Assembly (NCBI GenBank): GCA_016186955.1
Contig: JACPKP010000003.1
Coordinates: 66,290 to 130,289 of the forward strand
Reading direction: 5' to 3'
Length of the DNA: 64,000 nucleotides
From: Candidatus Daviesbacteria bacterium
GTDB lineage: Bacteria; Patescibacteriota; Microgenomatia; Daviesbacterales; UBA10151
Shown: in pieces, positions 18,583 to 28,571 of the stretch
Layout: every line of letters begins with the position of its first letter
How positions within the stretch are numbered: the first letter of the stretch is position 1
Notes under the pieces: generated by a model
What the model was told of the DNA's origin: nothing
What the model saw: only the letters and a program-made list of their open reading frames with translations
The model's database searches: none
Made by a program: the position numbers and the translations under genes

Positions 18583-20700
18583 GTGGAATTAAAAAATAAG
18601 ATACCCGAGTACTCCAAAAAGGCTTTAACTTTAGTTGCAGCTGTCATCAGCGTTAGTGTTATTGCCTGGCTGAACTGGCAGATCATCTCCGGTTGGTTTG
18701 GCAAGAACGGTCCTGCAAATGTAGGTTCAATAGAGGTGTCCTATGTCTCAATGGGTAAGTTTATTTTGGATTTAGGGTTTGGGACTTGGGCGCCTTTTTG
18801 GTATTTTGGTTTTCCGTTCCATGTTTTCTACACCCCTCTTTTGCCTTTTCTTGAAGCTGTTGCCAACAAATTTTTTTCCATTCCGCTTTGGCAGTCATAC
18901 AGACTTCTCACGGGAATAGGATATATCCTGGCTCCTGTCAGTGTATTTTTCTTAGGCTGGCAGCTCTCAAAACGGGTGATAGGCGGGCTAATTAGCGGGT
19001 TGCTTTATTCTGTGGGTCCGACGGTTTTTTATTTCATAATTGCCGGTGTCGAGGTAGCCCGTGACAGGATGTCCTTGGATTTTTGGGATCCGAGGCGTTT
19101 TACTATCCTGGTGCGTTGGGGGGAAGGGCCTCATACCTTCTCTTTGGTATTCCTGCCTTTGGCAGGCGTATTTTTTGCGCGTTTCCTGGAGAAACCAAAA
19201 ACCTCAAATTTAATTTTAACTTGTGTCTTTGTCGGTTTGATTGCGTTGACCAACGCAATTGGACTATTTGCAACCATCCTACTGATGGCTGCAATGAGTT
19301 TTGCCAAGCTTTCTATTGACCGCAGCTGGAAAAGCATCGGTTTAATGGTACTTACGGGTATAACCTCCCTAGGTTTGGTATCTTTTTGGTATAACCTGAC
19401 ATTTATCTCAACTTTTTTGAGGGAAGGAGGAGACAGTGGGAGCATATTAACATCCCTTTTCCCCTGGGGGTGGATAGTAGGGGTAGTGGTAGCGCTATTC
19501 CTGTACTTTATATTAAACCGTTTCATCAGGAACTTTGGTTTGGCAACCGCACTGCTTTGGTCAGGGGTGCTTTTTTCAGTGGTTGCGGTCTATTACTTAT
19601 CAGCAGGGCAGGATGAATCTTACAGGCGACTTCAGTTGTTACCCCAGGCTCTGCGTTACAACACAGAAGTAGATTTAAGCCTTTCCCTGCTGGCAGGAGT
19701 TTTGATAGCCTATCTTTTGGGCCTTTTAACAAGAATATTGGCGGTATTTGGATTGGTTGCAGGAGTGCTGGGAATCTCGTCGATTATAGTTGCTATTTAT
19801 TATATACAGCCATTTCTGCCTGCAGCCCGGCAATCTTCATCAACAGTAGTTGATGTAAATTCTACAGCCGAGCATAGAGTTGCAGCCTGGATGGTAGGGA
19901 ATACGGATCAGATGAAAGGTGAAAGGGTACTGTTACCGGGGAATTACGGCTTCTATTTAAATTGGTTTAATTACGTTTGGCAGCTTAGGGGTGGACTTTT
20001 CCAGGCATCAACCCATAGATGGCCTGACCACATCTATTACCAGTTTGCAAACGGGAAAGATCCGGCTGTAATGGATGCCTGGCTTACAGTCTCAAATATA
20101 AAATATGTTTTAGTTACTACTCCGGGGACCAGCGAACTATACAAAGAGTTAAAAAATTTGGACCGTTTCAGCAGCATGCATGCTGTATACGAACAACAAG
20201 GGGATATAATTTATGAGGTTTCCCTGAAGCGTTCCTCTCCGGCAAAACCGGTCAGTGTCCAACCTATTAAAACATTGGAAGCTCCGGTAAAAGCGGATGA
20301 TAAGAAAAATCTGCTGGCCTATGCTGACTGGGTAGAAAATTCCAGCGCTAATGATTTAAGTTTTAAGCTGATAAGTTATGATAAGCTTGCTGTTACCGGC
20401 ACACTAGGTGAAAAAGAGGCGGTTTTAGTCCAAATTACTGCAGATCCAGGTTGGAGCGCTTATGATAAAATCAGCCGGCAGGGGATCAGAACCGGCAAAG
20501 ACCCGCTTGGGTTTTTAATGCTCTACCCAAAACCGGGTCCGGTTAATATCGCTTTGGAACACCATACCTCCTGGCAGGAATGGTTGGGATATCTAATCAG
20601 TATTTTGACAGTCTTCCTGCTATTTTGGTTTAATCTTTTTAAAAAAAGGTCTCCCGATGTTGTTGCACAAAATCCAACTGATGTGTACCAGATATCATAG
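18583..20700 (+). CDS. Large GT-C-like membrane protein with extracytoplasmic C-terminal domain and terminal TM anchor; paralog family with 25650 and 28547
   Basis: 705 aa. N-terminal block SGWFGKNGPANVGSIEVSYV...FGFPFHVFYTPLLPF is alignable to the N-termini of 25650..28571 and 28568..31411. About 12 TM helices plus a final C-terminal helix WLGYLISILTVFLLFWFNLF. Confidence 0.5.
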   Translation: MELKNKIPEYSKKALTLVAAVISVSVIAWLNWQIISGWFGKNGPANVGSIEVSYVSMGKFILDLGFGTWAPFWYFGFPFHVFYTPLLPFLEAVANKFFSIPLWQSYRLLTGIGYILAPVSVFFLGWQLSKRVIGGLISGLLYSVGPTVFYFIIAGVEVARDRMSLDFWDPRRFTILVRWGEGPHTFSLVFLPLAGVFFARFLEKPKTSNLILTCVFVGLIALTNAIGLFATILLMAAMSFAKLSIDRSWKSIGLMVLTGITSLGLVSFWYNLTFISTFLREGGDSGSILTSLFPWGWIVGVVVALFLYFILNRFIRNFGLATALLWSGVLFSVVAVYYLSAGQDESYRRLQLLPQALRYNTEVDLSLSLLAGVLIAYLLGLLTRILAVFGLVAGVLGISSIIVAIYYIQPFLPAARQSSSTVVDVNSTAEHRVAAWMVGNTDQMKGERVLLPGNYGFYLNWFNYVWQLRGGLFQASTHRWPDHIYYQFANGKDPAVMDAWLTVSNIKYVLVTTPGTSELYKELKNLDRFSSMHAVYEQQGDIIYEVSLKRSSPAKPVSVQPIKTLEAPVKADDKKNLLAYADWVENSSANDLSFKLISYDKLAVTGTLGEKEAVLVQITADPGWSAYDKISRQGIRTGKDPLGFLMLYPKPGPVNIALEHHTSWQEWLGYLISILTVFLLFWFNLFKKRSPDVVAQNPTDVYQIS

Positions 20701-21337
20701 TATTGATATAATCTCCTCCCGGTTGGTTACAAAGGGGTCTAAAGTTTTAGATTTGGGTTGTGCGGAGGGTTTGTTGGGATCCTCTTTTTGTAAAATTGGA
20801 TGCACTGTAATAGGAGTAGAGATTAGTCAAAAATCTGCTAGAAAGGCTAAAAATAAGATCAATAAAGTAATCACGGGGAATATTGAAGATGTTAAAGTTT
20901 TCAACAAAATTAAAAATCTTGGCCCTTATGATATAGTATTTGCTTCTTCAATCTTTGAACACTTAGTTAATCCTCAATATACAGCGATAAAATTATCAAA
21001 ATTACTTAAGAAAAATGGTTTTATGATTATCACTCTGCCTAATATTGGCCATTGGACTGCACGGTTATCCATCCTTTTGGGCAAATTTGATTACCAAGAT
21101 AGCGGAATATTCGACAGAACCCATCTGCATTTCTACACAATCAAGACAGCCAGAGAATTTTTTAAAGAAAGTAATTTGACGATTAAAGAATATGATTATG
21201 AATTGACAGAATTTCCCATACTTCATCGCCTTTTTAAATTATTACCCGGCGGCAGTTTACTGCAGTTTAAATTTTACAGATTTTTCCCAGCCTTTTTTGC
21301 TTATCAAATGATGTTTAAAGTAAATCCTACCAAATGA
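20657..21337 (+). CDS. Class I SAM-dependent methyltransferase (start possibly ATG 20681)
   Basis: Motif I VLDLGCAEGLLG. Acidic residue at VIGVEIS. 226 aa. Confidence 0.7.
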   Translation: MLLHKIQLMCTRYHSIDIISSRLVTKGSKVLDLGCAEGLLGSSFCKIGCTVIGVEISQKSARKAKNKINKVITGNIEDVKVFNKIKNLGPYDIVFASSIFEHLVNPQYTAIKLSKLLKKNGFMIITLPNIGHWTARLSILLGKFDYQDSGIFDRTHLHFYTIKTAREFFKESNLTIKEYDYELTEFPILHRLFKLLPGGSLLQFKFYRFFPAFFAYQMMFKVNPTK

Positions 21338-22245
21338 AAAGAAGTGATTGCTACCCCACTGTTAGTATTGTCATACCTGTTTATAACTCTAATTATCTTC
21401 CGGCGCCCCTCTTGAAAAGCTTAAAACAGCTAGCCTATCCAAAAAATAAACTTGAAATAATTTTAGTAGAAATATTGTCTCATGTAAAAGATATCAGACT
21501 GAATGAAATTAAGATTAAAAATATTCTGATCAATCAAAAAACAGGATATAGTGAAGCTGCCAATAGAGGTATTGAAGAAAGCGCCGGGGATTTCATTCTA
21601 CTTCTGAATCCGGATGTTCAATTGGATACGTTAACGCTCAAGTATTTGATAGATTGCATCACAGGTGATAAGCGGATAGCAATTGTTGGGCCCAGGGCTT
21701 ACTCAATGCTGCAGCCTAACAATATCTCAGGGTTTGATCTGCCGGTTTCACAATTTAACCGGTCTTTGGGTGTGATCAAACCAATACCCTCAAAAAACTT
21801 AGGTCAACTTGGGACAAATATTGAAGTTGAGTGGATTTCAGGATCAGCAATGCTATTTAAGAGGTCATTATGGAAAAAGCTCAAAGGTTTTGATAAACAA
21901 TTTTTTTTATACTGGGAAGACGCGGATTTTTGCATCAGGGCTAAAAAAATGGGGCTAAAAATTATTTTAGTGCCCCAAGCTAAAATATGGCATCAAGGTT
22001 CTGCCAGTGTTGGAGCGGATAATCCTATCAAACATTATTATTTGAAAAGAAATTCAATGATTTTTCTAAAAAAACACGCAAATTTTAAAGGTTTACTGGT
22101 TGAAAACTTCAGGACTGCTGTTTTAGTATTGGCAAAGATATTTAGGTTTATAATGCAGAAACATAGACGGGAAGAAAGCTATATGTATTTGCTCGGTGTA
22201 CTGGATTTTTACAGGGGAAAAACTGCAAATCTTGACAAATTATGA
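21334..22245 (+). CDS. Glycosyltransferase family 2
   Basis: PTVSIVIPVYNS N-terminus. DxD-like FILLLNPDVQLD. ATGA overlaps with both neighbours. Confidence 0.7.
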   Translation: MKRSDCYPTVSIVIPVYNSNYLPAPLLKSLKQLAYPKNKLEIILVEILSHVKDIRLNEIKIKNILINQKTGYSEAANRGIEESAGDFILLLNPDVQLDTLTLKYLIDCITGDKRIAIVGPRAYSMLQPNNISGFDLPVSQFNRSLGVIKPIPSKNLGQLGTNIEVEWISGSAMLFKRSLWKKLKGFDKQFFLYWEDADFCIRAKKMGLKIILVPQAKIWHQGSASVGADNPIKHYYLKRNSMIFLKKHANFKGLLVENFRTAVLVLAKIFRFIMQKHRREESYMYLLGVLDFYRGKTANLDKL

Positions 22246-23402
22246 AAGTTGCTGTTGTTAGGGGGCCCGGTTTGAGTAAATGGGAGATGCAGATTTATGA
22301 GCCACTGGCAAAATGGTTTGATCTTTTGGGAATTGGGTCTAAATTGCCAATAAATGATATAACGGGGATTAATTTTCCCATAACTCAACTTTATTGTCCC
22401 AGCCAATACCCGACAAGGATCCCAAAATTTATCAGGTTTATGATGGAGGCAACAGGAGATACCCAATGGCTCCTGGGTTTTGACCATGCAATATCCGGTT
22501 ATGATCTTCTCCATTGTGTAGAGACAAGAAATGGTTATACTCTGCAGGCCATTAGGGCAAAACAACGCGGTCTTGTTAAAGCAGTAACTTTAACAGTGTA
22601 TGAGAATATACCGTTTGTTTTTGATGAATACCCAAAGCGTAGGCAGATAAGACAGGAGGTTATCCAATATGCTGACCATTTTTTGGCAGCCAATGAAATG
22701 GCCAAACAGGCGCTTATAATAGAAGGTGCAGATGCAAAGAAAATATCAATTACCCCTCAAAGCGTAGATACTGGTATATTTAGGCCGGTAGTGAGATCTG
22801 ACAATCCAAGTCTTGCCAAATTGAGAAAAAAATATAAGTTTAGCAGGGATGATTTTATCGTGCTTTGTGTCGGACGGATGGTTTGGGAAAAGGGCTGGTA
22901 TGATATTATTCCCGCTGCCTTAATGATGAAAAAAATTTCAAAAAGGGTTAAATTTTTATTTGTCGGCGGTGGTTCTGAAACGCAGAAACTGAAAAATTTT
23001 ACAGTGTTGGCAGGTGCATCAGATGTAGTTGTATTTGCTGGACCTTTGCCTTATACAGAAGTGCCCATCCTGTTCCGTTTAGCAGATGTATTTCTCTATC
23101 CGTCTCTTCCAACCAAATATTGGAATGCCCAATTTGGCGGGGTTTTGATTGAGGCTATGGCAAGTGGAATCCCGCTTGTGGTGACAGATTGCGGAGGGGT
23201 ATTTGAAACCATTGGTAAGGATGGGGCAATTTTTACCAGGCCCCAGGATTTTTCAGCGCTCGTGGCGGCTTTAATAAAATTCATGAATTACCCTAGCTTT
23301 AGAAAGAAAGTAGGGGAGAGAAACAGGAATACGGCTTTAGCAAAATACGATGTGGATGTAGTTGCAAAAAAAATCAAAAATATTTGGGAAAGGATTTTAT
23401 AA
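22242..23402 (+). CDS. Glycosyltransferase family 4 (GT-B, Glycos_transf_1)
   Basis: FLFVGGG...ADVFLYPS...GGVLIEAMASGIPLVVTDCGG (EX7E region). Confidence 0.75.
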   Translation: MKVAVVRGPGLSKWEMQIYEPLAKWFDLLGIGSKLPINDITGINFPITQLYCPSQYPTRIPKFIRFMMEATGDTQWLLGFDHAISGYDLLHCVETRNGYTLQAIRAKQRGLVKAVTLTVYENIPFVFDEYPKRRQIRQEVIQYADHFLAANEMAKQALIIEGADAKKISITPQSVDTGIFRPVVRSDNPSLAKLRKKYKFSRDDFIVLCVGRMVWEKGWYDIIPAALMMKKISKRVKFLFVGGGSETQKLKNFTVLAGASDVVVFAGPLPYTEVPILFRLADVFLYPSLPTKYWNAQFGGVLIEAMASGIPLVVTDCGGVFETIGKDGAIFTRPQDFSALVAALIKFMNYPSFRKKVGERNRNTALAKYDVDVVAKKIKNIWERIL

Positions 23403-23405
23403 ACG

Positions 23406-24878
23406 ATGCAGATACCGGAGCTAAATCAGGAGATTCCGGCAATCCAGAAAAAGGTTGTGAATGGGGTTTTTATTTTAGGTTTGAAACGTATTTTAACCCA
23501 GCTAATTTTAACTTCATCTAATATTATCCTTTCCAGAGTCCTTTTTCCGGCAGATTTTGGCAAATTTGCGGTTATCTCATTTGTACTTGCTATTTTTACC
23601 CTCACTTCTGATATTGGCTTGACTGCTGCACTAGTCCAACGCCGTAAGAAACCTTCAGAAGATGAGTTAAAAACCATTTTTACACTGCAAATAATTTTGG
23701 CAGTGACTTCTGTGGTCCTGATCTGGTTATCTACCCCTTTTCTGCTGATTTTTTACAAAAGCGGTTTTGATAGTACAAGTGCAGTGATGCTTAAAGTAGC
23801 TGCATTTTCAATATTATTTTTTAACCTTAAATTGATTCCAGCAGTTCTTCTAGAGAGGGAGATGAGGTTTGCCAGATCAGTTATTGCGGAAGTATTTGAA
23901 CTTTTAATAATGCAACTTACAACTGTAATTTTCGCATTGAAGGGTTTTGGATTTGAAAGTTTTGTTTTTGGGCTTTTAGTCAGCCGTCTGGCTGCTGTCC
24001 CAATATATTATATTCTGCATCCTTTTAAAATAGGTTTTAGGTTATCCTTAAATGAACTGAAAACTTATCTGCCGTTTGGTATGCATGTTCAGTTTAACTC
24101 TATAATCGGGACAATAGGTGGGATGAGTGTGCCTGTTGTTGTAGGGGGGATGTTAGGAGTGTCACAATTGGGTTTAGTTAACTGGGCTGGTGGTGTGGCT
24201 GTTTTACCCAGGGCAGTGGGTGATGTGGTTGGCAGGATAATATTCCCAATGTGTGCAAGGTTCCAAACAGACAGGAGGTTTTTAAAAAAGATTATAGAAA
24301 GGGCGCTGCAACTTAACAATCTGGCCTCTTTTCCGGTTATCATCATGATAATTGCACTGGCCCAACCGGTTACCCTGATTATTTTTACCGATAAATGGAT
24401 AGGAGGAATCAGTGTTTTATACCTTTTGACACTGCAATCAGCATTTATGGTGCCGGAAGTGATTTTCACAACCGCCCTTTTAGCGCTTGGGTATTCCAAA
24501 ACAGTCCGTAATATTAATCTAATGTTTACGGCTCTGATATGGTTTTTATCAATTCCTTTAGTTAAGATATTGGGTTTAAACGGTTTTGCATTGGCAAGCC
24601 TTTTTGCCTCTTTAATATTTTTGGTCTCCTTAAGGGAGTTGAGAAAACATGTTAAAATTGCCGTTGTCCGCTACACCTTGCCTTATATGTTTTATGCAGT
24701 TTCTGCCGGGATTTTAGTGTATGTTTATTCATTAGTCTTTCCGATCCGTTCCTTGTTGGAGCTTATTTTGTCAGTAGTGTTTGGTGGATTATCTTATGGA
24801 TTCTTATTACTTTTATTTGAAAGAAAAGAGCTCATAAAGGATATGGTGCAAGCCTATCAAATCTTACAAAAAAAATGA
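23406..24878 (+). CDS. Wzx-like oligosaccharide flippase / polysaccharide biosynthesis protein (MOP superfamily)
   Basis: 490 aa, about 14 TM helices, typical size and topology. Sits in a glycosylation operon. Confidence 0.55.
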   Translation: MQIPELNQEIPAIQKKVVNGVFILGLKRILTQLILTSSNIILSRVLFPADFGKFAVISFVLAIFTLTSDIGLTAALVQRRKKPSEDELKTIFTLQIILAVTSVVLIWLSTPFLLIFYKSGFDSTSAVMLKVAAFSILFFNLKLIPAVLLEREMRFARSVIAEVFELLIMQLTTVIFALKGFGFESFVFGLLVSRLAAVPIYYILHPFKIGFRLSLNELKTYLPFGMHVQFNSIIGTIGGMSVPVVVGGMLGVSQLGLVNWAGGVAVLPRAVGDVVGRIIFPMCARFQTDRRFLKKIIERALQLNNLASFPVIIMIIALAQPVTLIIFTDKWIGGISVLYLLTLQSAFMVPEVIFTTALLALGYSKTVRNINLMFTALIWFLSIPLVKILGLNGFALASLFASLIFLVSLRELRKHVKIAVVRYTLPYMFYAVSAGILVYVYSLVFPIRSLLELILSVVFGGLSYGFLLLLFERKELIKDMVQAYQILQKK

Positions 24879-25630
24879 CTGCCATATCAATAGTAGTGAT
24901 TGCTAAAAATGAGGAAGAGATAATTGAGGGTTGTCTTCAGAGTGTATCGTGGGCGGATGAAATTATCGTGGTTATTGATGATAAAACAACCGATAATACT
25001 GCCAAAATTGCCAAAAAATATACTGATAAAGTTTTTAAGCGTAAATATGACCGGGCGCCCAACCAAAAACAATTTGCTTTGGATAGGGCTAAAAATGAAT
25101 GGGTTTTTGTATTGGATGCTGATGAAAGGGTTACCCCGAAATTAAGAAAAGAGATTATCAGGAATTTGAAAAGCAAAAAATATGTAGCTTATCATACCTA
25201 TTTCCAGACTGTTTTTTTAGGAAAAGTTTTCGATGCTTCGACAATCCGTTTTCAAGGCACGCAAAGGTTATTTAAAAGGAGTAAATGCAGGTTTATCCCA
25301 AACACTGCCCACGAAAAAATGGCTATTGATGGTCAGATTGGAGTGTTGAAAAATGAAGTATTGCACTTTACCAGCAGGTCAATTTCCCAAACCATTGCAA
25401 AAAATAACTTTTATACTTCTTTAGAGGCTAATGAATTAAACAAAGCAGGAATACGGACAAATTTATTGGTGGTATTTTTAGCGCCTCTGAATATTTTCCT
25501 CAGAATCTATTTCGGTGAAAAAAAATACCGTAATGGTGTGTACGGTTTTGTTTATACACTGCTTCAGGCAAACTACTGTTTTATAAAACATCTTAAGATG
25601 TGGGAGCTGCAGCTGGTTGAAAAGAAATAA
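24875..25630 (+). CDS. Glycosyltransferase family 2 (small, WaaE/KdtX-like)
   Basis: ISIVVIAKNEEEIIEGCLQSV...EIIVVIDDKTTDNT...VLDADERV. Confidence 0.7.
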   Translation: MTAISIVVIAKNEEEIIEGCLQSVSWADEIIVVIDDKTTDNTAKIAKKYTDKVFKRKYDRAPNQKQFALDRAKNEWVFVLDADERVTPKLRKEIIRNLKSKKYVAYHTYFQTVFLGKVFDASTIRFQGTQRLFKRSKCRFIPNTAHEKMAIDGQIGVLKNEVLHFTSRSISQTIAKNNFYTSLEANELNKAGIRTNLLVVFLAPLNIFLRIYFGEKKYRNGVYGFVYTLLQANYCFIKHLKMWELQLVEKK

Positions 25631-25649
25631 ACCTTTGTTCTAAACTGAG

Positions 25650-28571
25650 ATGATGCGTATAAAAGTTACCGCTTTCCTGAAATTTTCAATCAGCCTAATC
25701 CTGACAGGGTTTGCAGCTATACTGATTTTTTTTATGATCCGTCCGTTTTCCGGCTGGTATTTAAATTCTACCCCCGCAGTAGGGGTCGATTTATATAACA
25801 GCGCCACCTATGTTGCGTTCCATCTGAAACATTTTTCCTTGCCCTTGAATGGCTTTAAGGATATCTGGTTTGGAGGTTATCCTCTCGCTTTGGATTTTCC
25901 TCAGCTCTCATTTTTTCTGATGCTTCCTTTCGGAGCTTATTTCGGTCCCCATTTTGGGGTGCAAATATTTTCTATGGTTGTTTTATTTTTATTGCTTTTT
26001 TTCTGCTATCTTTTATATTTTCATCTTGCGAAAAACTTTGGGCTCGCCCTGTTTTTGACAGCCGCTGTTTTTTTGTCTGTCAACCTCTATGGTGATTTAA
26101 CATGGGCCGGGTCCATCCCGTACTTTACTTCGCAGTTATTTTTTCCCCTGGGTCTTTTGGCAGCAGTTTGTTATTTTGAAAAACCTGAACGGAGAAGAAT
26201 GGCAACATTAATTTTAGTCACGGGTTTAGGTATCCTTATTCATCCTCTTGGGGTTTTGGCATACCTGATTCCATCGGCTCTGATAATTATATTTCTGAAA
26301 GGGTTAATGCAACCCCATCCAATCAGCAAAATTTTGACACACAGTTCATTGTATATAGTAGGATTTCTGCTGGCCTCATTTATCTTTACCAGCGGTTATG
26401 TTGTGCCGATTTTGGTATCAATGCAGATCCCCAATATTGTGTCGGTTCCCCAGACGCCTGCTACCGAAACAACAGTTTCACCGGAAGCCGCGGCAGGCGC
26501 AAAAGCGATCGCCGATTTTTATAAAGGGCAAATTACTTCTTTATATACCCAGACAAATATCTGGATTTTTATATTGGTTGCAACAGGTGCAATCTTCTTC
26601 ATCTTAACTCTGCCAATTAGGGGAGATAAAAAAAGGTTGGGGTTGGCTTTGCCGCTTATTTTAATCACTATTTATGCTGCCGCCCATCCTGCGGTCAATC
26701 TGGCCGGGATTGTCAGCATATTCCGCCACGACCCATACAGGGCTTTCTGGCAGTTTCCGGTTGCAGTCGGAGCGCTGGCAGCCTATTTTTGGGGTTACGG
26801 GTTATCAGCGGTAGGTTTGAAATTGGCGCAGTTGAAAGTTTTAGGCAAGGTTACAAACTACCTTTTAATTTTTAGCACAACCTTAATTTTTGGTGTCATT
26901 GCTTTCGCAGTCTATATGGGCGAGGTGGAAAAAATGATTGCGCAAATCAGCGCACATTCCGAAGTGTCTTCTGCTTTTCCGGAGGCGTTAAATGATAATC
27001 TGCGTAAGGAAAATCTGGAAAAAATTACAAAATCTATAATCCCTTCATTCATAGACCCTCATGATAAAAATAAGAGGATGTACAGCGCCGATGCTACAAT
27101 TAATATCTGGTGGAACTCTTTTTTTGATATGCCTCTTGTTAGGGGTTATCTCGATCCTCCGATCGGTACCGATAGGAGGGGAGGCTTTTTTTGGTTGGAT
27201 ATAGCAATTGCTAACGATTCCCTGACCCGGGATTTTAAAATACCGGAAGACATAGCCTTAAATAATGCTAAGTTCCTGATGGATTGGTATGCGGTAAACT
27301 ATTTTGAGGGAGGCCGCCCAAGCAGCCGGGGTCCCAACCCCGGCCCGTCAAAGTACTTGCTCGATAATGCCATGCTTGACAAAGTGGAAGAGGTTACGGC
27401 TTCAGGAGCGCTACTAAGATGGATGACCGCCTCAGGTAAACCGGAGTGGCATCCGGAACTTACCCAAACTCTTAAGTACTTTAAAGTTGCGGATGAATAT
27501 GCCTCTCCCATATTGTCTCTTTCCGATGCCCCCTCAGTATTAGTTTTTAGTGATTGGCCGGGATATGAAGATTTTATGCGGGTTTTAGGGGCTTTTAATA
27601 TCAACTCTAAAAACCTGGTTCCTGTATACGGCGGAAAATACATTGACGATTTTGATCTTAAATCCTTAAACCGGTTCGAAGCGGTTTTTTTACACAATTA
27701 TGATTACCGTAACCGGAAAGTTTTTGATAAGTTTACAGATTATGTTAACCGGGGAGGAAAAATTTTTGTTGACACAGGGGGTGAAGTAAAAGATTCAAAA
27801 TCCGATAAATTGCCTGAGATTTTTCCTATGAAAGACTCTGTGAGTGGGGAGATGGGAAAGGAATGGGAGTTGGGCTTGTTTGAAAGCCCGTTTATAAAAG
27901 AGGTGGAACTTGATTCTTTCGGCCCGTTAATTTTCAATCAAAATCCTTGGAAAATTACAACACCCAAAAATAAGGATTTAAAGGCAGGTTCAACAGTTAT
28001 ATTAACCCATAAAGATAAACCAATCCTTGTTGAGAGGAAGATTGGGCAAGGTGATGTAGTCTGGTCCGGTTTTAATGCCATCTACCATTACAATCAATAC
28101 AGGAGCAGGTCAGAAGGCAAGCTGCTGCTGAACATAGTAGAAGAGTTGACCAGATTCAAGGACGTCCCATCTGTCATCCATACTTCTGTATCCTGGGTCA
28201 AACCGGAGAAAGTTATTGCCAGCGTGGACCAGAAAGCTGGAGGGATATTATTTAAAGAGCAGGGATATGAGGGGTGGCAGGCAAAGATTATCTCATCCGG
28301 CAAAGCGCTGCCTATTTTTAAGGCAGGACCAACTTTTCCGGGCTTTATGTATGTTCCTTTAGATGGTGTAGATTTCGGATCAAAGGTAGAATTTAACTTT
28401 GTCGGCGACTACCATAATTTTATATGGGCAGCGATAAACCTTATAACAGTACTGATACTTTTGGAAATGATTTTTTTTAAAGGTAAGTTAGTGGGAGACT
28501 GGCTTGGGTTGAGAGCTGGGAAATTCAGGAGCAAAGTATTTTCCTGGTGGGAAAAAGAGGAAGAAGTATGA
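25650..28571 (+). CDS. Large GT-C-like membrane protein (973 aa) with extracytoplasmic C-terminal domain and terminal TM anchor; tandem paralog of 28568..31411
   Basis: About 13 N-terminal TM helices, a C-terminal domain of roughly 500 aa, and a final TM helix (FIWAAINLITVLILLEMIFF). Collinear with the next gene, for example NIWWNSxxxMPLxRGYxDPP and DTGGEVK. Confidence 0.5.
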   Translation: MMRIKVTAFLKFSISLILTGFAAILIFFMIRPFSGWYLNSTPAVGVDLYNSATYVAFHLKHFSLPLNGFKDIWFGGYPLALDFPQLSFFLMLPFGAYFGPHFGVQIFSMVVLFLLLFFCYLLYFHLAKNFGLALFLTAAVFLSVNLYGDLTWAGSIPYFTSQLFFPLGLLAAVCYFEKPERRRMATLILVTGLGILIHPLGVLAYLIPSALIIIFLKGLMQPHPISKILTHSSLYIVGFLLASFIFTSGYVVPILVSMQIPNIVSVPQTPATETTVSPEAAAGAKAIADFYKGQITSLYTQTNIWIFILVATGAIFFILTLPIRGDKKRLGLALPLILITIYAAAHPAVNLAGIVSIFRHDPYRAFWQFPVAVGALAAYFWGYGLSAVGLKLAQLKVLGKVTNYLLIFSTTLIFGVIAFAVYMGEVEKMIAQISAHSEVSSAFPEALNDNLRKENLEKITKSIIPSFIDPHDKNKRMYSADATINIWWNSFFDMPLVRGYLDPPIGTDRRGGFFWLDIAIANDSLTRDFKIPEDIALNNAKFLMDWYAVNYFEGGRPSSRGPNPGPSKYLLDNAMLDKVEEVTASGALLRWMTASGKPEWHPELTQTLKYFKVADEYASPILSLSDAPSVLVFSDWPGYEDFMRVLGAFNINSKNLVPVYGGKYIDDFDLKSLNRFEAVFLHNYDYRNRKVFDKFTDYVNRGGKIFVDTGGEVKDSKSDKLPEIFPMKDSVSGEMGKEWELGLFESPFIKEVELDSFGPLIFNQNPWKITTPKNKDLKAGSTVILTHKDKPILVERKIGQGDVVWSGFNAIYHYNQYRSRSEGKLLLNIVEELTRFKDVPSVIHTSVSWVKPEKVIASVDQKAGGILFKEQGYEGWQAKIISSGKALPIFKAGPTFPGFMYVPLDGVDFGSKVEFNFVGDYHNFIWAAINLITVLILLEMIFFKGKLVGDWLGLRAGKFRSKVFSWWEKEEEV

